Virus record (IMG/VR): IMGVR_UViG_3300045971_000149
Location: 1 to 64,000 of that record
Length of the DNA: 64,000 nt
DNA from: a virus
Strand: one strand, 5' to 3'
Shown: one piece after another, positions 40,701 through 49,589 of the stretch
Position numbering within the stretch: the first letter of the stretch is position 1
Layout: every line of letters begins with the position of its first letter
Program-made: the position numbers and the translations under genes
The notes under the pieces: model-generated
Database searches by the model: none
The model's input: the letters and a program-made list of their open reading frames with translations, nothing else
What the model was told of the DNA's origin: nothing

Positions 40701-41102
40701 TGCGCCATCTTTAGGGGCACCAGACGGAGTACTTGATTGCGGAGTAAGACCTGAAAGATCAACTCCGGCTCTAACAACATACGCCTGCGAGCTAACGCCT
40801 AACAAACTGTAAGCTGCTTGAAGACCGTACTCGTTAAGTTCTCCACCGTGAACAGGATTACCTGATGCATCAGTGTAGAATACTGGAACACCAAAGGTGT
40901 CTGCCAAATCACGTTGGCCAGTTACTGTCCAAATCTTTCCGGCGTTTGACGGAAGTGTTCCAGGTGCAGTAACACCCGATGGATTCTTCTTGTTACTTGC
41001 TGAAGCAACAAAGATTAAAGGAATTGTCCCTGGTGCAGCTTGTGTATAGAAACTCTCGTTAACTACGCTAACTGCTACGCCTGGTGAATTTAGTGTGGCC
41101 AT
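37746..41102 (-). CDS. Contractile tail sheath protein (gp18-like) with large insertion domains
   Basis: LNSPGV, WFAPAGIRRG, LDRINVSRL, FEPND, VCDESNN, PVKAVEFI. Confidence 0.95.
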   Translation of the reverse strand: MATLNSPGVAVSVVNESFYTQAAPGTIPLIFVASASNKKNPSGVTAPGTLPSNAGKIWTVTGQRDLADTFGVPVFYTDASGNPVHGGELNEYGLQAAYSLLGVSSQAYVVRAGVDLSGLTPQSSTPSGAPKDGAYWVDTSNSQFGIFEWGSTGAFKDVTPLIIDDSNAATQFDSINQKPKASFGVVGSYAVAVNQPLEQVHTFYKNLNGNWVEVGSNIEANFTGASNNTFVSTSWATSWPTATGKILAATSVAGTLIINATTVTVASGYAMADIALAINPLLQTKGVGAKVVGGALALFASSTAKSNGVTADGNIAISGDATLLAQLGLSAKTYFGPTVFVGPHTQFPSWTGSSARPAGSVYVKTTIPNGGAYWSVKQYNATSNAFNLVKSPIYATGAEATYSLDKAGGGVNIPVGTLFIESNYNHGNDSTPGLPSFANFTVQRRVGISPTTITSNVSTTTVALTTGSSLQISASVAGVTGYVNTTTVTIQGTTISDFVAAVNASGIPNINSTINVDGSVSIVHNTGGEILFKDTTNILGTVGFIPSVYNSVTGQWDHTANFYSAGAYEPTGATAKASNWRTLVFSASATSPSSAPANGQLWYSSIVDQVDVMVHDGQKWAGYATVFPNADVNGPIVSATKPLTQSKGTPLADGDIWISTADIEQYGQVIYVYDGLYTLSWILQDPTDQTSPTGWLFADARWATSGDAVNPSSIADLRFSSFVDPDAPDPAEYPRGMRLWNLRRSGFNVKQYVADYINVLANNGINLRMNLPMDGSGGTVRYNANRWISVSPNQDTGAGSFGRHAQRGFVIKGLKSAMDANVSIRDTDTLTYNLIVCPGYPELIQNMISLNADRAFSGFVIGDTPMRLKATGTDLKAWGLNSNGAFDNSDKGGVSYNEYMAMYYPSGYTNDLAGNYIVVPPSHMALRMIVNSDAKSYPWFAPAGIRRGGIDNATSVGYLENGEFKSTALPTGVRDVMASVKINPIATLTGAGIVAMGQYTRANGSSALDRINVSRLVAYLRRQLDVLSRPYLFEPNDKITRNEIKNAVTSLLLELVGQRALYDFIVVCDESNNTPARIDRSELWLDLAIEPVKAVEFIYVPLRIVNTGAIKSGTYTLA

Positions 41103-41202
41103 TTATTGCTCTCCAAATATGGTTTTATCTAGTATATTTAGTTCAGCAATCAAATTTCGCCGGGTAAATATATAGTGAAAAGGCACCAAAAAGGGCGGGG
41201 TT

Positions 41203-41538
41203 ATGAGAGGATTATGTAAAACCTGTGGAAGTAGACCAGTTGCAATCAACTATAAAAAAGAAGAAAGGGTTTTCTATCGGAGTCAGTGCGACCATTGTGC
41301 AAAGGGACGCAATATCGGAAAGCCGATGTGGTATATCTCGGGCTATCGACTAAAGTGTAAATGTGATAGGTGTGGGTTTGAAAGCAAATACAAAGAGCAA
41401 TTCGATGTATTCTATATTGACGGCAACCCCACAAATTGCCGTCATACAAATTTAAAAAGTGTCTGTGCTAATTGCCAACGTATTCTCCATGCGCTTCGAT
41501 TACCGTGGAAACGGGGAGACCTGACGCCAGACTTTTAA
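41203..41538 (+). CDS. HNH-like zinc-finger protein
   Basis: CxxC pairs; IDGNPTNC..NL..VCANC. Confidence 0.7.
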   Translation: MRGLCKTCGSRPVAINYKKEERVFYRSQCDHCAKGRNIGKPMWYISGYRLKCKCDRCGFESKYKEQFDVFYIDGNPTNCRHTNLKSVCANCQRILHALRLPWKRGDLTPDF

Positions 41539-42130
41539 CTTGTTGGTATAACTCGTCAATATTTCCGTTATTATCAATTACTGCATCGAACGGTGTTCCT
41601 ACCCATGCCCATTCACTTGCATGAACTTCGGGAAATGCTGTACGCATATGGTTAAAGGTACTGCGATTTGATTCAACTGCAAGATTATACCATTCCGGTA
41701 ATGCGCCACGCTGTACCCAAACTACTTGGCCGCCTTGTGCTTTAATAGCGGTTATCTCATTTGGAAATCGGCAGTCGCTAATTACAATATCATCTGTACT
41801 AGATCGAAGTTTATTCTCTAAGCTTGCAATCCACATATCATTATGAAAACCGTTTCGACAAACTTCGGTTCCCCAGTGTTGCAAAATCCATCGCGGAGTA
41901 AGTTGTGGCATTCCTAATCGAGCAGCCCACCAAGTATCTATTTGCTCACGCCACTCTCGAGCAGCTTTTGTACGGCCTTCAAGCAGTTCTCTATCCCAAC
42001 CGAATACTGCGGCAACTGCATCTTTCAAAGTTGCAGCAAACGAATCACGCCGAAATTCGTGGAAGTTTACAAGATAGTCCGCAACAGTATCTTTACCTGC
42101 ACCAATAAACCCACATACACCTATAATCAT
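41468..42130 (-). CDS. Deoxynucleoside monophosphate kinase (gp1-like)
   Basis: GFIGAGKDT, PRWILQHWGTEVCR, ISDCRFPNE, HASE. Confidence 0.92.
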   Translation of the reverse strand: MIIGVCGFIGAGKDTVADYLVNFHEFRRDSFAATLKDAVAAVFGWDRELLEGRTKAAREWREQIDTWWAARLGMPQLTPRWILQHWGTEVCRNGFHNDMWIASLENKLRSSTDDIVISDCRFPNEITAIKAQGGQVVWVQRGALPEWYNLAVESNRSTFNHMRTAFPEVHASEWAWVGTPFDAVIDNNGNIDELYQQVKSLASGLPVSTVIEAHGEYVGN

Positions 42131-42184
42131 AGCATCTCCTGATACTATAATTTACTATAATTTAATATAATTGTCAATAATTTA

Positions 42185-42943
42185 TTAGCCAACTACAAAC
42201 CACATTGGCTTCTCACCGGCGCTGTATGACATTATTTCCACTTCTAGTTCTTTAAGTGAAGTGAGCCCTTCTTGTTTTAGGGCATCGCCATTTAAATTAG
42301 TACCGCCTTGTGGTCCGGCAATTGTTGCAAACTTGCTACGAGCTTCACCTAAAATAACCTTGGCTTGTGCTAGTGCATAATCTTTAAGCCAAATTCCGGC
42401 GTACGGATCTTCTAATAAAACAAAGTCCGGTTTATGATTGTACATCCACAATAGGATTGTTTCTTCACCACGAGGCCGCTGCATAATAGTAAGCTTCTTA
42501 GTTGCAGGATTCCATGTAAAATTAATCTCACTACCGAACATTTTACCAACCATCTTTTGGTAGGATGCAAATGCATAGTATGTAGCAAGCCCGCCCATAT
42601 TACTAGAATTCATTAGATATGTATTTGAGTATGCAAGGTTAAACGGTTCAAATAAGCTACCTGTATCGCCGCCACCAGTTCTAGACCCGACACTTCTACG
42701 GTATAACTGTCTAACTTCGATCACTTCGCTGCTTAATGTGTATTCATTAACATCTTGTTCCAATGTCATAAATGAAAAGCTTTCTTCTACGCTATTACTA
42801 GACTTCTGTCGGAACTTTGCAAATGCTCGGTCAATAGCGGTGTTGTAATGCTTTGGATCGAGTTCAATATCAATCATACCATCACCAAGCATGGTTTTAA
42901 TGTATTCAACTACTTGTTGGCGGGGGTTTTCTAATGTGCTCAT
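42185..42943 (-). CDS. Neck protein (gp13-like)
   Basis: LGDGMIDIEL, WLKDYALA, KFATIAGPQGGTNLNG. Confidence 0.85.
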   Translation of the reverse strand: MSTLENPRQQVVEYIKTMLGDGMIDIELDPKHYNTAIDRAFAKFRQKSSNSVEESFSFMTLEQDVNEYTLSSEVIEVRQLYRRSVGSRTGGGDTGSLFEPFNLAYSNTYLMNSSNMGGLATYYAFASYQKMVGKMFGSEINFTWNPATKKLTIMQRPRGEETILLWMYNHKPDFVLLEDPYAGIWLKDYALAQAKVILGEARSKFATIAGPQGGTNLNGDALKQEGLTSLKELEVEIMSYSAGEKPMWFVVG

Positions 42944-42971
42944 GTCAATATTTATCAATAAATATACTACT
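42944..42971. promoter_or_regulatory. Back-to-back late promoter motifs
   Basis: aaTATTTATcaATAAATAtactactATG between the divergent neck genes. Confidence 0.65.
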
Positions 42972-44183
42972 ATGCCAAGACTATCACTTTATAAACCCGA
43001 AAAGGGCAACGACTTTCGATTCCTAGACCGGGTTATCGGTGAACAATTTCAAGTGGGCGGAACTGACTTATTTGTCCATAGGTACTTAGGGCCAGTAAAT
43101 CCTGCTGCGGGGGAAGCAAGTCCCGGCGTTCCGACACAAACTAATCCGATTAGTGAGTTAGGCATCCAAGATGTTATCTTAATGGAAAACAGAGATAGAC
43201 ATTATGATCCTAATGTATATGTAATGCGTGCCATTTATACATTACAAGATTTAGATTTTAACCTAAGCCAGTTCGGTATTTTTCTAAACAACGATAATAT
43301 TTTTATTCACTTGCATCTAAGCAATTGTGTTAACACTTTAACTAGAAAAATAATGGCAGGCGATGTTATAGAGTTGCCTCACTTAAAGGACGAGTATGCA
43401 TTAGATGATGCAATGGTTGCATTAAAGAGATTCTACGTTGTACAAGATGTCACTCGTGCAGCGAGTGGGTTTAGTCAAACGTGGTATCCACACTTACTTA
43501 GAGTTAAGTGTGTACCGTTAGTTGACAGTCAAGAATATAAAGAGATTCTTGATGCAAGTGCAGGTGACGGGTCTAATCAAACATTACGTGACATTCTTAG
43601 TACTTACAATAAGAGTATCGAAGTTAACAATGCAATTATTGCCCAAGCAGAAGAAGATGCACCTCTTAGTGGTGCAAGTACAAACAACTTATATGTTATA
43701 CCAGAGAATGGAGACTTACTATCTCAAGATATTGATGCATCTAGCGATACCCTTAATGCAGATGATAACATTACTGATGCAAGCATAGTATTACAGTCGC
43801 CTGATCATAATTATTATGTTGGATACGGGACGGGCGACGGCAAACCACCAAACGGTGCTCCGTATACTTTTGGAACAACATTTCCGTCGGCATCAGTTGC
43901 AGGACAATTCCATCTACGCACCGATTATTTCCCGAATAGATTATTTCGCTGGAATGGAACATTTTGGGTTAAATTTGAGGATAATGTAAGAATGACATTG
44001 ACAAATAGTTACGATCCAAATGTGCCAAATCAAAGCTCTACAACGACTACATACAGTACAGCTATTAGAGAAACACAGCGTTCGGGCTTTATTAACAATA
44101 ACAATACTGCAACTATTGCAGGAAATATTGTTCAAGAGCGTCAAGCACTTTCTAAAGCACTTAAACCGAAGGCAGATAATTAA
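42972..44183 (+). CDS. Neck/head-closure protein (gp14-like)
   Basis: LSQFGIFL...AGDVIELPHL; position between gp13-like and gp15-like genes. Confidence 0.7.
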   Translation: MPRLSLYKPEKGNDFRFLDRVIGEQFQVGGTDLFVHRYLGPVNPAAGEASPGVPTQTNPISELGIQDVILMENRDRHYDPNVYVMRAIYTLQDLDFNLSQFGIFLNNDNIFIHLHLSNCVNTLTRKIMAGDVIELPHLKDEYALDDAMVALKRFYVVQDVTRAASGFSQTWYPHLLRVKCVPLVDSQEYKEILDASAGDGSNQTLRDILSTYNKSIEVNNAIIAQAEEDAPLSGASTNNLYVIPENGDLLSQDIDASSDTLNADDNITDASIVLQSPDHNYYVGYGTGDGKPPNGAPYTFGTTFPSASVAGQFHLRTDYFPNRLFRWNGTFWVKFEDNVRMTLTNSYDPNVPNQSSTTTTYSTAIRETQRSGFINNNNTATIAGNIVQERQALSKALKPKADN

Positions 44184-45631
44184 TGGAACATTTTTACGAC
44201 GCGCAAATAAAACGTTACCTAACACAGTTTATGCGACTTATGAGCAACTTTGCATATAAAGATGCAAAGGGAAAACTCACACAGATTCCTGTACGGTACG
44301 GAGATATGAATAGACAAGTTGCGCAGATCATGAGAAAGAACAGCGAGAATGTTGTTCAAAGTGCTCCGTTTATTGCTTGCTATATAAAAAGTCTAGATTT
44401 TGCTAGAGATAGACTGCAAGACCCTACGTATGTTAGTAAAGTGAATATCCGTGAACGTGCATATGATGCACAAGGTCGCGAATACCTAAATACACAAGGT
44501 GAGAATTATACAGTAGAACGATTAATGCCAACTCCTTTTACTTTGCAGTTCACCGCAGATATTTGGACCACTAATACTGATCAAAAGTTTCAATTACTAG
44601 AACAAATACTAGTGTTGTTTAATCCGTCTATGGAAGTACAGTCTAGTAGTAATTATTTAGATTGGACAAGATTAAGTGTAATCGAACTTACGAATATGAC
44701 ATTCTCTAGTAGGCAAGTACCTCAAGGGCTTGAACAAGATATTGATATTGCAACGCTAAACTTCACTGCACCTATTTGGATTACAACTCCTGCGAAAGTT
44801 AAGAAACTAGGAATTATTACACAAATTATTACAAGCATGTTTGTAGATCCAGTCGGAACTATTGAATCTGGAGTATATGCAGATTCGGCTGATACTAATT
44901 TCTTCGATACTAGAAATCCAGTAAGTGTTGATTATATTACATTAGGTAACTTAGAATTACTAGTGCTCAATAACACTGCAAAGTTAACTCCTTCAAATGA
45001 AGTAATTAAGGCTCCGAACAATATTGATATTCCTCAAATATTTGGATCCGGCATAAATTGGGTTAGGATATTAGATTTGTATCCCGGGAAGTTTACAGCA
45101 GGCCTGAGTCAACTACGATTAACTAAGCCCGACGGTAATGAAATTGTAGGACACATTAGTTTAGATCCGCTAGATGATCAAACAATGCACATTAGCTTCG
45201 ATACTGATACTGTTCCAATGAATACTATCCTAACTGATGCTCTGAATACACATTCGAGAGGAACTGTTGATGCAATCGTAGATCCACAAACATTTAACCC
45301 TCGACCACTAATAAACGGAGTGCTAGGTAATGCAACTATTGATGCTCGTTACTTAATACTTGAAGATATTAATCCAAATATAGGCACTCCAAATTACTCC
45401 GGACCGACTGCTTGGAAGAATCTAAATAACTCGGACTTTGTTGCCCATGCTAACGACATAATCCAGTGGGACGGATCTCAATGGAATGTACTGTTCAATA
45501 GTCGAGTAGTTAGTGCATTAACATATATAACTAATGCACGAACTGGTGTGCAGTATGCTTGGGACGGTGCGAGTTGGATGAAGAGTTACGAAGGCATCTA
45601 TACCGCGGGAAAATGGCGGTTAGTTCTATGA
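44183..45631 (+). CDS. Tail terminator/sheath stabiliser (gp15-like)
   Basis: HFYDAQIKRY, IPVRYG, QLLEQILVLFNPS. Confidence 0.8.
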   Translation: MEHFYDAQIKRYLTQFMRLMSNFAYKDAKGKLTQIPVRYGDMNRQVAQIMRKNSENVVQSAPFIACYIKSLDFARDRLQDPTYVSKVNIRERAYDAQGREYLNTQGENYTVERLMPTPFTLQFTADIWTTNTDQKFQLLEQILVLFNPSMEVQSSSNYLDWTRLSVIELTNMTFSSRQVPQGLEQDIDIATLNFTAPIWITTPAKVKKLGIITQIITSMFVDPVGTIESGVYADSADTNFFDTRNPVSVDYITLGNLELLVLNNTAKLTPSNEVIKAPNNIDIPQIFGSGINWVRILDLYPGKFTAGLSQLRLTKPDGNEIVGHISLDPLDDQTMHISFDTDTVPMNTILTDALNTHSRGTVDAIVDPQTFNPRPLINGVLGNATIDARYLILEDINPNIGTPNYSGPTAWKNLNNSDFVAHANDIIQWDGSQWNVLFNSRVVSALTYITNARTGVQYAWDGASWMKSYEGIYTAGKWRLVL

Positions 45632-46056
45632 CAAATATAACCTGCTCGGGCGGATTGTTCCTGGCAAAAGATACACAACGATTTCTATTTCTGCTTCGTG
45701 CACAAGGTAAAACCGCGGGTACTTGGGGACTTGTAGGCGGGAAGAAAGAGCCGTCTGACATCACTGCATACGATGCATTGCTTAGAGAAATCCAGGAAGA
45801 AATTGGTTCAGTACCAAATAACGTTAAGCCAGTACCGTTAGAATGGTATTCTAGTAGAGATGATATGTTCTCGTATCATACCTATGTAATGATTGTGGAG
45901 CATGAGTTTATTCCTCTTCTAAACGAAGAGCATACAGGATACTGTTGGGTTGGAATAAATGATTGGCCACGCCCGTTACACTCCGGAGTAAGAAATACCC
46001 TTATTAGTAGAACTACTAAAGGTAAAATTCAAACTATTCTAGATGTTATACGGTAA
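45628..46056 (+). CDS. NUDIX hydrolase
   Basis: GGKKE...ALLREIQEEIG Nudix box. Confidence 0.9.
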   Translation: MTNITCSGGLFLAKDTQRFLFLLRAQGKTAGTWGLVGGKKEPSDITAYDALLREIQEEIGSVPNNVKPVPLEWYSSRDDMFSYHTYVMIVEHEFIPLLNEEHTGYCWVGINDWPRPLHSGVRNTLISRTTKGKIQTILDVIR

Positions 46057-47839
46057 CTGTTATCACATCCCAAAATAAGTCTTGCGAATTATAAATTGTT
46101 GAAAAGTACATAACCTTCCCCGCCACGGTAGATGTTGATAACGGTGCAGTGCTAAACGCACGGAATCCGCCGGTTGAAGTTGTCCACGATAACACATGAG
46201 AAATTCCATCATCCTTAATACGGATCATTAATCGTTGACCATCATTCTTTAACCCAACCGGTGCCGCAATCGTCGTATCAGTCGATAGTGCTAGCACTGA
46301 ATATTGTCCAACACTGCTGTTAGGGGTTATAGTAATGTTTGATGTTGTACTAGCAGTTCCCTGTATTACAGTGCCTGTTGAAACTACCGATGCTACAGTT
46401 AATGTATTTGTAAACGATGTAGCTCCAGTAACTCGACCGCCTGATGTTAAGTTTAGCGAGCTAACTGAATTAACTGCTAACGAAACTAACGTACCTGTGG
46501 TAAATGACTGTGCAAATTTTGCAATACTCGAAGTTGATGCAAAGTATGCATTTGTCGCAGTGAATGCAATATTGGCGTATGTAGATGTTCCTGCAACATC
46601 GGCATAACTTGAAGTCGATGCAAAGTACGCATTAGTTGCAGTATTAGCAACAGCAGCAAGACCAACAAACGTAGTAGAAGTATTAACAAGTGTGAATGCA
46701 ACAGACGCAGTAGTTGCATACCCTACTTGTGTAGTTGATGTATTAACGAGGGTGGATGCAAATGCTGATAACGTAGCAGTATTAGCAATACTTGCATATG
46801 TTGAGGTGGTTGCCTGATACGCAAAGGACGAAGTTGTTGCTTGATACGCAAATGTTGCAGTAGTTGCAAAACTTGCATTAGTCGATGTAGTTGCTTGAAA
46901 CGCAAATGTTGCAGTAGTTGCAATGCTCGCGTTTGTTGCAGTAGTTGCAGTATTGGCATAACCAACTTGTGTAGTTGATGTGCTGGCCAATGAATAAGCA
47001 ACAGCGGCAGAGGTAGCAGTAAATGCGTATGATGCAGTATTGGCATAACCAACTTGTGTAGTCGATGTACTAGCCAACGAATAAGCAACTGCTGCACTAG
47101 TTGCAGTGTTTGCATAACCTACTTGTGTGGTTGAAGTACTTGCAAGCGAGTAGGCAACCGAGGCACTTGTTGATGTAGTTGCCTGAAACGCAAATGTTGC
47201 AGTAGTGGCGAAACTTGCATCAGTTGAGGTAGTAGCTTGAAAGGCAAATGACGAAGTTGTTGCCTGATATGCAAATGTTGCAGTAGTAGCAATGCTCGCG
47301 TTTGTTGCAGTAGTTGCCTGAAACGCAAATGTTGCAGTAGTGGCAAAACTTGCATTAGTCGATGTAGTGGCGAAACTTGCATTAGTTGATGTAGTTGCAA
47401 AACTTGCATTAGTCGATGTAGTAGCTTGATACGCAAATGTTGCAGTAGTAGCAATGCTCGCGTTTGTTGATGTAGTTGCTTGATCTGCGAGTACCGAATG
47501 TGCAACTAATGTACCAGTATTAAACGATAACGTATATCCGCTGGTAGTGGCAAAATCAGCGACTCCAACTAAATTACCAACTATTTTAGGAGCAAATACA
47601 GTATTCCCAACATACAAACTACCCGAGATTCCCGCCCCACCTGCAATAGTAATCGACCCTGTAACTGTGCTAACTGCTGTGGATGTATTACGGATAATGA
47701 AACGGTGATCAGTTACATAGTCTGTATTTGTAAACCCCCTTACTGCGGTCCAGGACTGCGCAGCAAAACTCCATATATAAATTACCGTACCTATAGTAAC
47801 GGTCTGTTGATCATAAGGATTTAGGGGAAATGTTATCAT
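46046..47839 (-). CDS. Second Thr/Ser/Ala-repeat fibre-like virion protein
   Basis: Repeats ATTSTNASFATTATFAYQ and ATSAAVAYSLASTSTTQVGY; TATAAATA upstream at about 47861-47868. Confidence 0.75.
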   Translation of the reverse strand: MITFPLNPYDQQTVTIGTVIYIWSFAAQSWTAVRGFTNTDYVTDHRFIIRNTSTAVSTVTGSITIAGGAGISGSLYVGNTVFAPKIVGNLVGVADFATTSGYTLSFNTGTLVAHSVLADQATTSTNASIATTATFAYQATTSTNASFATTSTNASFATTSTNASFATTATFAFQATTATNASIATTATFAYQATTSSFAFQATTSTDASFATTATFAFQATTSTSASVAYSLASTSTTQVGYANTATSAAVAYSLASTSTTQVGYANTASYAFTATSAAVAYSLASTSTTQVGYANTATTATNASIATTATFAFQATTSTNASFATTATFAYQATTSSFAYQATTSTYASIANTATLSAFASTLVNTSTTQVGYATTASVAFTLVNTSTTFVGLAAVANTATNAYFASTSSYADVAGTSTYANIAFTATNAYFASTSSIAKFAQSFTTGTLVSLAVNSVSSLNLTSGGRVTGATSFTNTLTVASVVSTGTVIQGTASTTSNITITPNSSVGQYSVLALSTDTTIAAPVGLKNDGQRLMIRIKDDGISHVLSWTTSTGGFRAFSTAPLSTSTVAGKVMYFSTIYNSQDLFWDVITVTV

Positions 47840-47886
47840 AGGAGTGGGCTCAGTTTAGTATATTTATACCGAACCCACTAGCGAAA

Positions 47887-48552
47887 TCAGACCGTAGTAT
47901 TATTTTGAACCAACGGAATATATTTCTGCGCTAACTTAGTTCGCATTTCTCTACTTTGCCCGGGCCAATGCATGATCCAATCGCCGGAATGCCACTGTCC
48001 GTCGGTTCCTATTCTGTCTAACGTACTCTCAATAGGTTGATGTGCCCCGTCACTATAGCATGCCGCATTTAATTCACGTTGTGGCACAATCTTAATAATA
48101 TCCTTAAACCTGTAAAAGCTATCGATGATTACTTGTTGTTCTTTCCAATCTCTATGAGCATATTGTGGATACTGGTCCAGAATAAATTGTAAGTAATCCC
48201 GCCCCTGTGGACTATTCCGCACCATCATAACCCCGGCATTAATATCGTTAAAATACGTGGCAATAATAAAGTGAAACCTATCATCTACTCTATCTTCTAT
48301 GCGAACATCAAAGTTAGTAATTAACGCATCTGTATCGATCCATAAAAACCAATCAATATCGGGATTCAATTTCCCCAGTTCCAGTAAGTCACGTATCTTT
48401 GCAAACCCCGGACTCAAGTCTCCTTGTTGATAATCAATAACATGATATTGATAATCGTGTTTCTCACAATACAACCGTTGATTTTGTTCCCAAGTCATGT
48501 CGCTTAACCAACGATACCCTTCGTCTTGCATTGTAATTAGTGCACAGTTCAT
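47887..48552 (-). CDS. Glycosyltransferase family 34 (GMA12/MNN10-like)
   Basis: YCEKHDY, WFLWIDTDA (DxD), INAGV, EQ, DWIMHWPG. Confidence 0.85.
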   Translation of the reverse strand: MNCALITMQDEGYRWLSDMTWEQNQRLYCEKHDYQYHVIDYQQGDLSPGFAKIRDLLELGKLNPDIDWFLWIDTDALITNFDVRIEDRVDDRFHFIIATYFNDINAGVMMVRNSPQGRDYLQFILDQYPQYAHRDWKEQQVIIDSFYRFKDIIKIVPQRELNAACYSDGAHQPIESTLDRIGTDGQWHSGDWIMHWPGQSREMRTKLAQKYIPLVQNNTTV

Positions 48553-48724
48553 ACAGATCCTTTATGTTCACATATTTAAATATTCGCCAGCCCCTACTTA
48601 ATAATACTGACTATTTGGTAAAACCAGGCGTCACATCAGCCAAAATAGAGAGCGCAGCGACTGCGAAGCAGCGAGCGGAAAATTTTTTACTTGCGTTAAG
48701 TACATATATAACCTATACTAAACT

Positions 48725-48985
48725 ATGTCCCTTAAAATCCGGTTCCAATTTCCCCGCGGTGAATTCACGGGCCCGAACATTATCTTCCACAATGAATTCA
48801 CCCACGAAATCCGTAAATGGACACACGCTAGAAACATTGAAAATCATTTACTCAAGTTAGAATACAATAGTGATACAAATACAACAGTAGTAACATTTCC
48901 CAGCGATAAGGCCGTTCTACTGTTCGTAATGACTTGGACTTCTAAACACAAGTGGTGCACACAATACAAGGTATTACAGGAATGA
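48725..48985 (+). CDS. Hypothetical protein
   Basis: 86-aa ORF. Confidence 0.55.
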   Translation: MSLKIRFQFPRGEFTGPNIIFHNEFTHEIRKWTHARNIENHLLKLEYNSDTNTTVVTFPSDKAVLLFVMTWTSKHKWCTQYKVLQE

Positions 48986-49229
48986 CGGTGGGATCGACGC
49001 TGATTTCACTGCGACAATTGAAGCACTTACATGTTTTACACGGTAGAACAATATGTGACCAATGATGAATGAATAGTTCATAGTGACTCTGTTGCTTAAA
49101 TCGCAAAGTAATAACAGTATCCCGTAGAGTGAAGACATATTCGATTCCTGCTGTGCAATAGTTCTGAGTGAGGAACCACTTACATTGATCAAAGTAGGAA
49201 TACGGTATTTGTACGGGAGTTGAAGTCAT
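48942..49229 (-). CDS. Hypothetical protein with Cys-rich C-terminus
   Basis: 95-aa ORF; TAAATA upstream. Confidence 0.45.
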   Translation of the reverse strand: MTSTPVQIPYSYFDQCKWFLTQNYCTAGIEYVFTLRDTVITLRFKQQSHYELFIHHWSHIVLPCKTCKCFNCRSEISVDPTVIPVIPCIVCTTCV

Positions 49230-49589
49230 ACAAGTATTTAAAGTGAATTCCCGTACTAAAGTGTTAGCACATTTCCAAAGAGTACGAGCCCAGACCGGGT
49301 CCTTGCCCTCAAAATTTTCCTGCGTAAAATTTTTAGATCTTCGATTTAAAACCGAGGGGAAGTTTTAAAACCGGTAAAACACGTTGTAAAAAAATGTGCT
49401 TGCAAAAATAAAGAGAGTTGGAGATCTGTACCCATGGTGATTTGCTAACCCCATGGCTCAAAAATTTGCATGCATGCTGCTGCTACTGCATGCTGCTTGT
49501 GGGATAGAACCCCCCACCACCTCGGCAATGCGCATCATCCTGCGCATTGCTCCCCAATCAACTTATAAAGCGCAGCATCCTGCGCATTA

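Noticed and set aside
41468-41538. Convergent overlap of the HNH-like gene and dNMP kinase as a regulatory system
   Set aside because: A short 3' overlap is common in compact phage genomes, and there is no further evidence.
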